Shown here in pieces: positions 63,773 to 64,000 of a DNA stretch of 64,000 nt. The position numbers and the translations under genes were made by a program. The stretch comes from a virus. Every line of letters starts with the position of its first letter. The stretch's first letter is position 1. Where the stretch lies: positions 32,001 to 96,000 of IMG/VR virus record IMGVR_UViG_3300046804_004738; one strand, 5' to 3'. Below the pieces are notes generated by a model. It searched no databases, was not told the DNA's origin, and worked only from the letters and a program-made list of their open reading frames with translations.

Positions 63773-64000
63773 TGAAGTTTATAGAAAAAATCAATTTTAC
63801 TGCTAATCACGATCAAATGGTTAAAGATTTAAATTTATTTTTAACTAGAAATCCTTGGCCAGATAGTACATTTATGCTAAATGATAAAAAGTATCATGCG
63901 AATCAATTAGGTCTTACCTATAGAGTGAATGCAGATTATCCTTTGGGTGATGCTGGTGGTAGTCTTTACGATCCTACAACAAATTCATTTATTAGCAGTG
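63772..64000 (+). CDS. Hypothetical protein, truncated by window edge
   Basis: ATG overlapping upstream stop; open to the end. Confidence 0.55.
   Translation, partial: MKFIEKINFTANHDQMVKDLNLFLTRNPWPDSTFMLNDKKYHANQLGLTYRVNADYPLGDAGGSLYDPTTNSFISS

Noticed and set aside
1-64000. CRISPR array
   Set aside because: No regularly spaced identical repeats; the repeats found are in-frame coding duplications or inverted stems.
1-64000. Alternative genetic code or suppressor tRNA
   Set aside because: Genes are intact in code 11 and end in TAA, TGA or TAG; no CUA, UUA or UCA anticodons. The UAG, UAA and UGA anticodons are Leu and Ser.
1-64000. Bacterial chromosome origin (dnaK, infA, sod, tRNAs)
   Set aside because: No cellular operon context; tail fibres, T4-like TAAATA promoters and dense small hypothetical genes indicate a phage.

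Overview
AT-rich 64-kb segment of a large (jumbo) T4-like tailed phage, probably aquatic. The DnaK and PqqA sequences suggest a betaproteobacterial host (inference). 1-16 kb (+): nucleotide-metabolism and host-like genes (metallophosphoesterase, dCMP deaminase, HAD nucleotidase, IF-1, Fe/Mn SOD, ErpA) and probable virion-internal proteins. 16-26 kb (+): two giant tail-fibre-like genes and a LamG protein. 26-36 kb (-): small early genes behind a conserved TTGACAATAAATCC-type sigma70 promoter. 36-50 kb (-): 27 CCA-encoding tRNAs covering all 20 amino acids, interleaved with parvulin, RpoZ, DnaK, a QueC-like gene, a Tes/MJ0619-like radical SAM, a 23-aa pqqA missed by the ORF track, several structured ncRNA candidates and an HNH nuclease. 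50-64 kb: redox genes and a modification cluster (5 radical SAM, methyltransferase, glycosyltransferase-like, 2OG oxygenases, QueC-like, 3 desaturases). Main finding: at the 5' head of the tRNA array sit a sigma70 promoter, a 41-codon leader ORF containing all 20 amino acids (32 different codons), and mutually exclusive antiterminator/terminator hairpins. This looks like a ribosome-coupled attenuator that would increase transcription into the tRNA region when any aminoacyl-tRNA is limiting. All calls come from reading the sequence; no searches were run.
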